NCBI GenBank assembly: GCA_035221665.1
Contig: CM069162.1
Coordinates: forward strand, 6,076,001 to 6,140,000
DNA from: Okamejei kenojei
Lineage: Eukaryota
Direction of reading: 5' to 3'
DNA: 64,000 nucleotides
Part shown: positions 40,476 to 52,798 of the stretch, piece after piece
Numbering within the stretch: position 1 is the first letter of the stretch
How the letters are laid out: each line of letters opens with the position of its first letter
Program-made: the position numbers and the translations under genes
The notes under the pieces: model-generated
What the model was told of the DNA's origin: nothing
Seen by the model: only the letters and a program-made list of their open reading frames with translations
Database searches by the model: none

Positions 40476-41202
40476 ACCTATCCATGTTCTCTAGTGATGC
40501 TGCCCGACCCGTTGAGTTACTCCAGCACTTTGTGTCTTTCTTCCCTCCAGAGATGCTGCCCTGACTCACTGAGTTACTCCAGTACTTTGTGTCTTTTCTG
40601 GCAGTAGAGGTACGTAGGAACAGGCCACAGAAACCTGTTCTACCATCAGAGAAACCAGGCTTACTCCCCAACATAAGTCCGCATACCCTCCTTTTCTCTA
40701 TATCCCCCAGTATTTTGGATGAATGAAAATGCTTCAGCCTCTGATTTGCCCTCTGACCAGGAAGCAATTGATATTCGTGGAAGGGCATTCTGAATTTCTA
40801 TTAACTTTTGTGTGTTTAAGTGTTTCCAAACTTCGCTCTTGTAAGGCCTGGCTCCAATGTTTAGTCCCTCCCAAAGTGTAGGAATAGCTTGAATCCAAAA
40901 GAGACCACAGATGTCCCAATCTGCAACTAAAATAGAACAGAACGAAGAACGAAGGAGACTGAGGAGGAATTTATGTAATCAGGGGGTGGCGAATCTGTGG
41001 AATTATTTGCCACAGGAGTCAGCGGAGGCTGTCTATGGGTAATCTTTAGGCAGATATAGATAGATTCCTGATTAGTATGGGTGCCAGGGCTTACGGGGAG
41101 AAGACAGGAGAATGAGGTTAAGAGGGAAAGATGGATCAGCCACGATTTAATGGCGGAGTAGACTTGATGGGCCGAATGACCTAATTCTGCTCCGATCACT
41201 TA

Positions 41203-41417
41203 TGGGCCTGTCCCACTTAGGGGAGTCTTTAGGCAACTAATTTTAATGGAATTCACCTACGTCACCTGCCGACAACCTACGACAGAACCCACCACAACCG
41301 ACAACAACCTACGACCGCAAAAAATGTCGCCACTGTTGCCGAAGGTTTTTCAACATGTTGAAGATTTTGCAGCAGTCGCCTGGATTCGCCCAAAGAATCG
41401 CCTGTGGAGCAGGCTCA
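41203..41417. mobile_element. Short related Harbinger-like MITE
   Basis: Left tgggcctgtcccactt, degenerate right gtggagcaggctca; internal ctacgac repeats. Confidence 0.65.
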
Positions 41418-42944
41418 TCATGAGCACGAAACTCATGGGTCAAGCAGCATCTGTGGAGGCAAAAGGTAGGATGTTTTAGAAAGGATGTTGTCCAACTGGA
41501 AAGGATGCAGAGAAGATTTATGAGGATGTAGCCAGGACTCGGGGGCCTAACCAATACGGAGAGATTGGGCTGGCTAGGACTTTAATCCTTGGAATACGGG
41601 AGGCTGAGGGGCCATCTTGTTAAGATGTATAAAATCATGAAGGAAATAGATAGGATGAATACACAATCTTTTACTCAGAATAGGGGAATCAACAGCCCTC
41701 GGATGTACGTTTTGTGTGAGAGGGGAAAGGAACCTAAGGGGCAGCTTTTTCCATACAGAGAGTGATGGGTATGTGGAACAAGCTGCTGGAGGAGGTTGTT
41801 GAGGCAGTTACATTTTTTTGTTATTTTAGTTTAGAGATACAGCGCTGAAATTGGCCCTTTGGCCCACCGGGTCCGCACTGACCAGTGATCCCCGCACACT
41901 AACACTATTCTGCACACACTAGGGACAATTCTTAAATTTACAAAGCCAATTAACCTACAAACCTGGACGCGTGGGAGGAAACTGAAGATCTCGGAGAAAA
42001 CCCACGCAGGTATAATACTGTAATAGCATTTAAGAGACACTTGCATAAGTGCATGGATAGGAAAGGTTTAGTGGGATATGGGCCAAACGCTGCCAAATTA
42101 GACTATCTTGGCGCATCTTGGTCTGCATGGACAAGAAGTGTTGAAGGGTCTGTTTCGATGCTGCATTACTCTACGAATCCACAAGCTGTACAAGGTGTAA
42201 GTCAATCCTGATGCATTCTCAACATGAAACTATCCACTCACATTTATGATAAATCCACTGATTTTCACAGCTACCTGGACTAGATCTCTTTTGGTTTCAG
42301 AATGAGACTCAGATCCAGCTGAGTATATTATCATATATACCAGGGTGCAATGGGAAATCTTGTTCACACAGTGGGCTTGTGGTAGAGTTATTGCCCAACA
42401 GCTCCAGAGACCCCGGTTCGATCCTGACCACAGGTGCTGTCGGTACCGATTTGTACGTTCTCCCTGTGACTCGCGTGGGTTTTCTCCGGGTGCTCTGGTT
42501 TCCGTCCACACTCCAAGACGTACAGGTTTGTAGGTTAATTGGCTTCTGTAAAATTGCAAATTGTCCCCGGTGTGTTTAGGAAAGTGTTAGTGTACGGGGA
42601 TCGCTGGTCGGTGCACATTTATTGGGGCGAAGGGCATGTGTCTGCACTGCATCTCTAAACTAAACCAAACTAAACTAAACATGGAACTCACAGAGTAAAC
42701 AGTAAGATAGATACCAGTGTTGGTGAGCAGAGTGCACCCTTCCTCCCGTGAGGATGGCTTCCCTTACCCCGGCTCCTCTGTCTCAGCCACATCACGGTGA
42801 TGCCTACCATGCCAGGACATCTTCAAGCCACCGCCCAACCCAATGGCTCACAGGAGTTGATGGTGATCATGTTCGAGAGGGATGGGTATTTCGCAAGGGT
42901 GACCAGAAGTGTTCAGCTCAGTGTGGAATAACCAGCCATGAGGC

Positions 42945-43152
42945 ACCGGTTCTACTCACTGCACGGGTCACAGTGGTCTCCATCTTCAGGACATGTGGCC
43001 TCCCTTCTACTGTGGCTGATGAAGCCCTCTCTCACATCTCCATTTCCTGCTCCCACCAACACCCCCATTGCTACACTGCTCCCCACCGCTCCCCAAATAG
43101 AACAGAGATACAGAGTTCCCTTAGTCTTTACCCTTCACACCCACCAGCCTCC
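42945..43152 (+). mobile_element. Penelope-like RT-linker fragment
   Basis: SIFRTCGLPSTVADEALSHIS and YRVPLVFTLH, homologous to 14135-14330. Confidence 0.65.
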
Positions 43153-44989
43153 ATAAAAACTCAGAAAGCCTCAGAATAAAAGGATGTACCTTTAGGAAGG
43201 AGACGAGGAGGCATTTCATTAGTCAAAAGGTGGTGAATCAGTGGAATTCATGTCCGCAGAAGGCTGTGGAGGCCGTCAATGGATATTTATAAGGTGGAGA
43301 TTCTTGATTAGTACGGGTGTCAGAGGTTGTGAGGAGAATGGGGTTGAGGGAAAGATAGATCAGCCACGATTGAATGGCAGAGTAGACCAATGGCCTAATT
43401 CTGCTCCTACAGCTTAAGAACTTATGAACTTATGAATTTATGAATACCAGAGTGCAGAATATAGCGTGACGGCACTGTAGCGTCACAGTTTTAGAGACTT
43501 ATTAGAGGTACAGCATGAAATCACCCGTTCACACTAGATCTCTGTTATCCCACTTTCTCATCCATTCCCTACACATGAAAGGTGATTTACAGAGGGCCAA
43601 TGAACCTACAAACCCGCACCACTTCAGGATGTGGGAGGCAACTGGAGCACCTGGATGAAACTAGCCAGGCCTTCCAGTCTTCTGCTCTTGAAATGAGTCA
43701 TCAGCCATATCAGTTCGCCTTAACATCGCGAAAATGCCAAACAAATCATCCCGGAACCATTTTCAACATATTGTATAGTTTCTGCAATCTCTCCTTGGAA
43801 ATTAACCCCTGCATTCTAGGGATTGCAAGTATTGACGTAAACTAAATCACAACTAATTAATTTTCTGGGGTGAGAATGGTTACAATGTGTGAGGAAATTA
43901 AAGAAAGTAAAAGTATGTCTCATCCTGATCAAGATTCTGACAGACTTTACTAGTTTAATGAGCAAACTATAAACTACTCAGTTTGGTGGGTGTATGGAAC
44001 AAGATGCCAGAGGAGGCAGGTGCTCCGGTTGGACAGATACATGTATCAGAAAGGTTTAGCCTTTAGACTTTGGAGATACAGCACGGAAACAGGTCCTTCG
44101 ACCCACTGAGTACATGCCGACCAGCGATCACCCCGTACACTAACCTACACATACTCGGGACAATTTACAACTTACTGAAGATAATTAACCCACACACCTG
44201 TATGTCTTTGTAGTGTGGGTGGAAACCGGAGCACCCAGAGAAAACCCAGGCAGTCACAGGGAGAACGTGCAAACTCCGTGCAGACAGCACCCGTAATCAG
44301 TATTGTACCCAGGTCTCTGGCGCTATAAGGCAGCAACTCTACCCTTGTGCCACTGTGTCACCCCTAGTATTAGGTTATCAGCCAAATGTGGGCATATGAG
44401 ACTGGTTAATTGGGGCATCTTATTTGACATGGATGAGTTGGGCCAAAGGATCTGTTTCCATGCTGCATAACTCCATAACTCAGCAGGTCAGGCATAATCT
44501 GTGGAGGGTGAAGTCGTTTAATGGTAGTTTAACTGGTTGACTGGTTTAATCGGTATCAACCCTTGCAGTTCTTTGCAGCTGTTAAGAACCATTTGACACA
44601 AAAATGTCAAAGATTTCAAAATGCTTCCAATCCAAAACTTCAGAATTTGAAATGTAAGAGAATGGGGAAAGTAAATTGATGCTGATAGATAGATTTGAGT
44701 CAGATATTTTAGTTTGCTGCAGAGATCTTACAGTTTCAAGAGAAAATTATCGCAAAGAGAGTCTGAATGTGTTACCCAGCCTTTACATGAAGCAGAGGAG
44801 GACATAAAGTGCTGGAGTAACTCAGCGGGTCAGGCAGCATCCCTGGAGAACATGAGTAGGAGACGTTTCAGATCAGCCCTACTTTCATGCACCAGGCTTA
44901 CTGTGTAATTCTATCCCTGAGATCATCACCTTATCCAATATCTGCCGCGGTTCCCAATACTTTTGCCCACTCGCATGTCTGTTTATTTT

Positions 44990-45280
44990 TAGTTTTAGAG
45001 ATACAGTGCGGAAACAGGCCCCTCGGCCCACAGAGTCCGCGCCGACCAGCGATCCCCGCACACTAACACTATCCTATACACACGAGGGAAAATTTACAAT
45101 TTTAACAGGCCAATTAACCTACAAGCTTGTACGTCTTGGAGTGAGGGAGGAAGCCGGAGCACCCACCGAAAACCCACGCAGGTCACAGGGAGAACGTACA
45201 TACAGCACCCATGTTCAGGATTGAGCCCGGATCGCTGGCGCTGAAACGCAGCAACTCTACCGCTGCGCCACCGTGCCGCC
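44990..45280 (-). mobile_element. V-SINE (HE1-like), full length
   Basis: Ends in ccgctgcgccaccgtgccgcc, the reverse of the tRNA head. Confidence 0.85.
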
Positions 45281-45355
45281 CTGGCAGAGTTAATTTTCTT
45301 CCCCTTTTGCACATGCAAATGAGAATTCCTGCCCTCACTGTGGATAGCTGAGTAA

Positions 45356-45918
45356 AGGGGCTGTCCCACTTGGGCGACCTAATCCGCGAGTTCTGACGAG
45401 TTTGCCCTCAACTCATACTCGCAGCATGGTCGACACGAAGTCGTAGGAGGTCTTCGTAACTCTCCTTCATGCTCTCCGCATACTTGAGGCGTCAGCTTTG
45501 TCACGGCGTTTTTTTCAATATGTTAAAAAATGCCCGCGAGTAAAAAAAGGTCGCCATGGAAAAAATCTAAACTTTTTTTTGCTCATAGGTTTGGACGTAA
45601 TAGGTTGTAGTAGATCGGCATGTTAGTCGTAGGTAATCGAGGGTAGTCGAGGGTAGTCGTAGATAGTCTTCATCATAGTTGAAGGGAGGTCGAAGTAGAT
45701 CGAAGGAGATCGTCTTCACTCTCCACTATTCGGTGTCCAATTTTCCCAAAGTTAGTCGTGGCTAGTCATAGCTAGTCGAAGCTGGGCTTCAAAATAGTTG
45801 ATGGAGGTCAAAGAAGGTCGAAGGAGGTCTTCTACATAGTCGAAGGAGGTCTTCAATAGGTTATTTTTTCAAACTCTTCTAAACTCGCCAATCAGGTCGC
45901 CCAAGTGGGACAGCCCCT
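45356..45918. mobile_element. Non-autonomous DNA transposon (PIF/Harbinger-like MITE)
   Basis: Perfect 25-bp TIRs aggggctgtcccacttgggcgacct / aggtcgcccaagtgggacagcccct; flanks TAA / TGA. Confidence 0.85.
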
Positions 45919-48144
45919 TGAGCGACTCCGATCCAGGTAAACCCAGATAATCCCAAGTATTACCAGTAATCCCCAGGCAGCCCAACCCGTGACCCGACGT
46001 CCCTCTCATTGTCTGACTGCCTCTGTGTCCCAGGGGCGCCTCCTACAGCCCACCTTGAAGGCTACACCCTGGTCCCACTCTTCCCATCATGCAGCTCCCT
46101 CCTCCTCGACTGTCCGGTCTTCGGGGCTGCGAGCTTCCCCGTGTAGGCAGAGGCCCGCCGGGGCCTTCTCGGCAGCGGCGAGCCAGGCCTGTCGTCGCAC
46201 GTGGCCGCGGGCGAGAAGGCCCCGCCGGGTCTTTGTTCTCATCGGCTCTCTGTTGTTCACGGTGACTGCCGGGTCCGTCCTTGTACGGCTCAGCGGCGCC
46301 CCGCGGGAGCTTCCTTTCGGATTCATGCATCAGTTCCATCCTTTATTCTCCTTCCACGAAAACGATCCTCAACTTTCAACACCGAACTGGAAATTATAGC
46401 ACCTGAAAAAAAAAAATGTCCAGGTTAACATGCTTGCAAATGCTTTCATATTAACGCTTATCTTGAAAAGAAAAGGTCGTCTTAGCCTTGGAATTTGTCT
46501 ATCACTAGTGCAGAATGTGTCCCTCTCATTTTGTCTGTTAAATGGGGACATGGTGTGGAACACGGAGCTCTGGTGTAAACCGGTTTGACGCTTCCGTATG
46601 TAAATCCATGAAGACGAGAGATGTAATTACGTTAGCAGTGATTTCAACTGCTGAGAATGTTGCTTTTCGTCTTCTTTCTTTGTTTCGTTGTTTACAGCCA
46701 CATTTGTCTGAAAATTTAATAAAGCTAGCAGGCCATAAAAGGTCTACTCCCTGACCATTATTTCCCAAAGACCCTCTTTCCTCAGCCAGGCAACAGATGC
46801 AGAGCAATTCATAAAAAAATTACTAATAATAAAATATCTCCGAGGTGCCATTTTTTTTTTTTTGTCCTGTAAGCACTTTTCCAAGAACATGTAATTCCAG
46901 GCGGATTGGAGCTCATAGTCTCACAGGCTAATGAGACCCGACACATCGTTGTGATATCATTACTACATTATATTCCCAATTTTAAGCAAAAAAAAAATAC
47001 ACTACTTAGAAAGTCGAAATTCATAAATAAATTCATGTCAAACTGCACTTAATATTGATTTTGTTAGTGTTCAGATTCAATAATACGGCACTGGATACAT
47101 GAATATTTAAATATAATCTTCATTTTTGCATCTGCTAATGGCTCCAGCTCTTCCACACTCAATTTAAACACAATTTAAAAACTATAATGTTTTGAAAAAT
47201 ACTGGGATTTAGCAATAAATCATTTGTACAATACTTGAAGCCTTTTATAAGATAGCTCAATACCGAGACCCCTGAGACTTCGACAATTAGATTCATGTCT
47301 TTTTGAACCTCTCAATTATCTTTTCACTACAATTCTACTTTCAAGTTTTTTAGACTTTAAATCCTGCACCAGGGCTGGAGGCTATTCTTGATGCTGGACC
47401 AATGCTGATGTCAAACTTCATAAACTACATTTATCAACCTCCTATTTTACCAGTTAATCACTCAACGGGTGACCCTTCACTTATGGTTTTTGATATTGCT
47501 ATTTGGCATTGAGTTCCACGTAATTTAAAGACATTCTGCACTGGTTACATGTTACAGTTACGGCTGCGGCTCACTATTTCTCTGCATGAATCAGCCTGAC
47601 ATTGAATTTCCGCAGTCAGGATCTGATCTTCTGTTTGAATGATATACCCCACTTTGAAATCAGAGTACCCACATCAAACCAGCACAGAAATATAGGGGAG
47701 GCACGGTGGTGTAGCGGTAGAGCTGCAGCCTTACACCACCGGAGACCCAGGTTTGATCCTGATTACGGGTGCTGTCTGTACGGAGTTTGTACATTCTCCC
47801 CGCGACCGCGTGGGGTTTTTTTCTGGGTGTTCCGGTTTCCTCCCACACTCCAAAGAGGTAAAGGTTTGTAGGTTAAATGGCTTCGATAAAAATTGTAAAT
47901 TGTCCCTAATGTGTAGGACAGTGCCAGTGTGTGGGGTGATCGCTGGCTACCTTAGTTGACCATTTGAACACTGATGCATCGATGATTGTGGCTTAATTAC
48001 TGCAAGTGTATCAAATCAGGATCGGATATTGATCATTGGGAAATAATCATCTTTAAATGTACTGTGTATACACATGCATCGTATATGACAGATCGACTGT
48101 GTCACACTGATTGATATTTGCTTCGGGACGAACATGCAGCGAAA

Positions 48145-48880
48145 CTGTCATTACTATTACAACATTTCCTGAGAAGGCTTAGGAGGTTTGGCATATTCCC
48201 AACCCTCTGCAACTTCCACAGACATGCCGTAGAAAACATTTCATCGGGATGCATCACAGCCTGGTTTGGGAGCAGCTCCATTCAAGACAGCAAAGATATT
48301 GCGGAGAATTGTGGATGCAGCTCAGACCATCACACAAACCAACCTTATTTCTATTGACCATCTACACCTCACGCTGCCTCGGCAAGGTCAGCAGCATACT
48401 CGAGTCGCACCCCAGGCCACTCCCTCTTCTGCCCTCGCCCATCAGGCAAGAGGTACAGAAGTGTGAAAACGCACACCTCCAGATTCACAAAAATGCTGGA
48501 GAAACTCAGCGCGTGCAGCAGCTGCTGAGTTTCTCCAGCATTTTTGTCTACCTTCGATTTTCCAGCATCTGCAGTTCTTTCTTAAACCTGCAGATTCAGG
48601 GACAGTTTCTTCCCAGCTGTTATCAGGCAACTGAATTATCCTACCAACAACCAGAAAGCCATCCTGGGGTACTATCCACATCATTGGAGTCCTTAGAACG
48701 ATCCTTAATTGGAATATACTGGACTTTATCGTGCATTAAACATTATTTTCTTTACCCTGTATCTATGCACTATGGACAGCTTGATTGTAATCGTATAATG
48801 TTTTTGCTGACTGGATAGAATGCAACAAAAGAGCTTTTCACTGTAGCTCGGAACACGTGACAATAAACTAAACTACACTG
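48145..48880 (+). mobile_element. Rex1/Babar-type LINE 3' fragment
   Basis: HFLRRLRRFG...VENISSGCITAWFG...; 3' gacagtttcttcccagctgttatcagg and aataaactaaact tail. Related pieces at 29045-29465 (-), 29555-29770 (-), 33415-33597, 60825-61015 and 61210-61323. Confidence 0.8.
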
Positions 48881-49881
48881 AGTTTCTATCTGAGTTTTCG
48901 ACATGTTGCCAACACAGATTATATGTCCACATTGTGTGTGAGCTCGGTTTGCTGTTTATAGTCGAACTGGAGCTGGCATTCGACTGCCTCCCCTCATACT
49001 TCCATGTATCTCTGGCAGACCCCCTCAGTTACCCCCGCTCCAAGAAAAAACAATCTACCCCATCCCTCCTCTCCACATGACTGAAATATTCCACCCAGTG
49101 AATCTTCTCTGCAGTCCCTTCAGTGTAATCCTGTCTTTCCTCTAGGATGCCAACCAGTTTAGAGATACAGCGCGGAAACAGGCCTCTTGGTCCTCCAGGT
49201 CCGTGACGACCAGCGATCCCCGCACACTAAGACTATCCTACACACTAGGGCCAATTTACAATTTTCACCAAAGGCAATTAGCCCTTGTAGTGTGGGAGGA
49301 AACTGTGTGGGAGTGTGGGAGGAAACCGTGTGGGAGTGTGGGAGGAAACCGAAGCAACTGGAGAAAACACACGCTGGTCACATTGAGAACGCACTAGCTC
49401 CGTACAGACAAGCACCTGTAGTCAGGATCGAACCGGGTCTGTAAGGCAGCAACTCTGCCGTTGTTCCACTGTGCTGTCCCTTGTCCTGGTGATAACTTTG
49501 GCTAGCCTGTTGAAACACACCAAGGGACACCAGTCTTGAGAATGTCAGGCCAACTAACAGAGCCTAATGCCAGAGTAAGTCTATGCCAATGCAAGATGGG
49601 GCCTACGCCAAGCAGAGCGATATTTCCTCAGTAATCCTACAAAGACTCTCCGTGATATCACGACTTTAGTGGCGCATTACTGACTGCTTGGTTACAACAT
49701 CAATCATTAAACAGTGATCTGTTGAGCACTGTTTAACATCATCGCCACAGCACAAATTAAAGTCTACAAGCCAGTGGCTATTAAACAGTGGATACAAGCA
49801 CCTGCAGATGCTGGTTTACAACAAAAAAACACAAAGTGCTGGAGTAAACAACGGGTCAGGCTGCATCTCAGGAGAGAATGA

Positions 49882-50204
49882 ATAGGTGAATTTCAGGTCA
49901 GCACTCTTCTTTAGACTATGATAGGTGACGTTTCGCTTTGGGACCCTTCTTTAGAATGGAGGATAGGTAACATTTCCGGTTGGGAACTTCTTCAGACTAC
50001 GATGGGTGACATTTCGGATCAGGACCCTTCGTCAGACTGCAACAGGTGATGTTTTGGTTCGGAAACCATCATCAGACTGGGCAGGTGATATTTCAGGTTG
50101 GGAACCTTCTTCAGACTACGATAAAACCACGAGTTTCGGGTCGGGAACCTTCTTCAGACTACGATAAAACCACGAGTTTCGGGTCGGGTCACTTCCTCAG
50201 ACTG
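49882..50204 (-). ncRNA. Tandem array of eight ~40-nt hammerhead-ribozyme-like monomers
   Basis: Units start at 49882, 49921, 49963, 50002, 50042, 50081, 50121 and 50164. Each reads CT(G/A)ANGA-stem-loop-(G)AAA on the minus strand. Confidence 0.75.
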
Positions 50205-52798
50205 GAAAGAAGGCCCTGAAGTAGGACCCTAATCGAAACATCACCTATCCACGCTCTTCAAAGAAGCTGCCTGACCCACTGTTACTTCAGCACCTGAAAC
50301 CCCACCTACCGACCTGGAATGTAGAATGGCAGAACGGGGTCGCGGAGAGAAGCTGCTGGAAAATTAAATTAAATAACGCAAAATGATTCCAGAGCTTAAA
50401 ACAGCATTAGCCATGGAGGTGTGACCTCTTGGGGGATATTGGATAGACGAGCTCACTCACATGTTCTCAATTATAGCTGTCTTCTCACTGGTCATTCTCA
50501 AAAATCGCTGCAAATGGTATTGTTTACCGGTTTTAGAACTCTTGCTCAGACGGGGTCCACGTTCTCCGGCCAGTAACCCATACTTTTCCTCTCTCCCCAA
50601 CCCCATCCTAGTTCCACGACCAGTCTGACTGTCATCCTGATTACATTTTATCTTTGTATGGTTCATTGTCTCCTTCCCCTAGCTAGCAATAGGGAGTGTA
50701 GGGTGTTTGTAGTGACTCTGTGCAGAGTTTGTACGTCCTCCCTGTGACCGTGTGGGCTTTCTCCAAGATCTTCAGTTTCCTCCCACACTCCTAAGACGTC
50801 CAGCTTTGTAGGTAAATTGGTTTGGCAAATGTAAAAATTGTCCCTAGTGTGTGTAGAATAGTGCAGGGATCGCTGGTCGGTGTAGACTCGGTGGGCCGAA
50901 GGGCCTGTTTCCACGCTGTATCTCTAAACTTAACTCAACAATGATCTATTTTACATTTACCTTGATCCGCGTCCTCTTTGATGTCTCATTTTCACGCCTC
51001 GCCCTTCCATGTCTCTGTGTCTCCCTCTCCCCAGACTCTCAGTCAGAAGAAGGGTCTCGACCGAAACGTCACCCATTCCTTCCATCCAGAGATGCTGCCT
51101 GTCCCGCTGAGTTACTCCAGCGTTTTGTGTCTATACTCAGTGTATTTCCCGTGCCTGCGTCTCCCAGTCAGAAGCCTCACAAATGTATTGTTGGCAAAAT
51201 GCTGAATGGCCTTTTTTTACTTTCTGGTGACTGAACATTTCTCTTTGACAGCGGGGGGCTCGGCCTTTATTCTGCTTGCCTTTTGACCAGGGGAGTTCAG
51301 GGGAAAAGAGATCATTAAATAAAAGCACAGACCTGCATCAATTCCGTCGCTCGGGTACGAAGACTAATTAACACCGACGAAAATACATTAAGTCCGATGC
51401 GTTTATCCGCTCTTATATTGAATATGAAAATATCATCAAAAATTGCGACCGTGAGTGACAAGTGCCCTTGTAATCTTGTCCCTCAGAGGTGTCAGCCCGG
51501 CCTAACACTAATCAATCAAAGGGCTGATGGAGATGTAGAACAAGCTCGATACAAATTATTTCCATGTGCGCATTCAGACGGTCTTGGCTAACAAGTGAAA
51601 TTAAAGGTCACACTCCGTGGAGTTGTTGGAGATTAATTTTCCGTCATCGTTCGCAAGATCACAGGAATAATCGTACCGCAGGCAAGGAGCACTTCACTTA
51701 GGCTGAGCTGCCCCCGTTACACTGATGTAGGATGTACTGATGTATCACTCTCAAAATAGTCACCCTCCCCTTCTGCCTCGACTGTCTTTCTGTAACAAGA
51801 GGTGGCTCAGTGGCACAGCTGGTGGAGCTGCTCCCTCACAGCGCCACAGAACTAGGTTCGATCCTGACCTCCTGCGCTGTCTATCTGGAGTTTGCACGTT
51901 CTCCCGGTGACCCCGTGGGGTTCCTCCGAGTGCTCCAGCTTCCTCCCACATCCCAAAGATGTGCGGGCTTGCAGTTTTATTGGCCCTCTGTAAAATTGCC
52001 CTGCTGTGTAGGATAATGGGATTTGAAAGTGGAATAACATAGCACTAGGGTGAACAGGCGATCGAAGGTTGGCGCAGACTTGTGGGCTGAAGGGCCTGTT
52101 TCCATGCTGTATCTCTCTAAACTCTGCGATATTAAACATAAAGGCATCACTCAAAATCAAAATTGCCGCATTGAAAGCACTCTCAGTCCCACTCAATAAA
52201 AGCACATTTTTTAATTGGCTAATCTATTTTCACTAATTTTCTTCCAAGGTTGCTCTAAGTCAAATCTATTTTTCCATTTGACATTTATCTCTCTGCCACT
52301 GATCTGAAGGGTTCCTTTGCAGTTTGTATTGCTGGTTCAACACTCAATAGACAATAGACAATAGACAATAGGTGCAGGAGTAGGCCATTTGGCCCTTCGA
52401 GCCGGCACCGCCATTCAATGTGATCATGGCTGATCATCCCCAATCAGTACACCGTTCCTGCCTTCACCCCATATCCCCTGACTCCGCTATGTTTAAGAGC
52501 TCTATCTAGCTCTCTCTTGAAAGCATCCAGAGAACCTGCCTCCACCGCCCTCTGAGGCAGAGAATTCCACAGACTCTAATGTACAAGTGCAGGTAGATGG
52601 GACTAGGGGAAAACAAATGGTCGGCACGGACTGGAAGGGCCGAGAGGGCCTGTTTCCGTGCTGTAATTGTTATATGGTTATATGGTTATACGGTTACAAG
52701 CTTCATTAGTGAGCCTTGTCTATGATTCCTGGGAGACTGGATTGCTGCATTTTTGGACAAAACCCAGCAGGTTTAGTTCAGTTTTAGAGATATAGTGA

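Noticed and set aside
42748-43179. 143-aa ORF
   Set aside because: The second half is Penelope-derived and the first half has no recognisable motif or splice signals.
49882-50204. CRISPR-like repeat-spacer array
   Set aside because: Units are contiguous with no unique spacers, derive from the Penelope terminal repeat, have no cas genes nearby, and the DNA is vertebrate.
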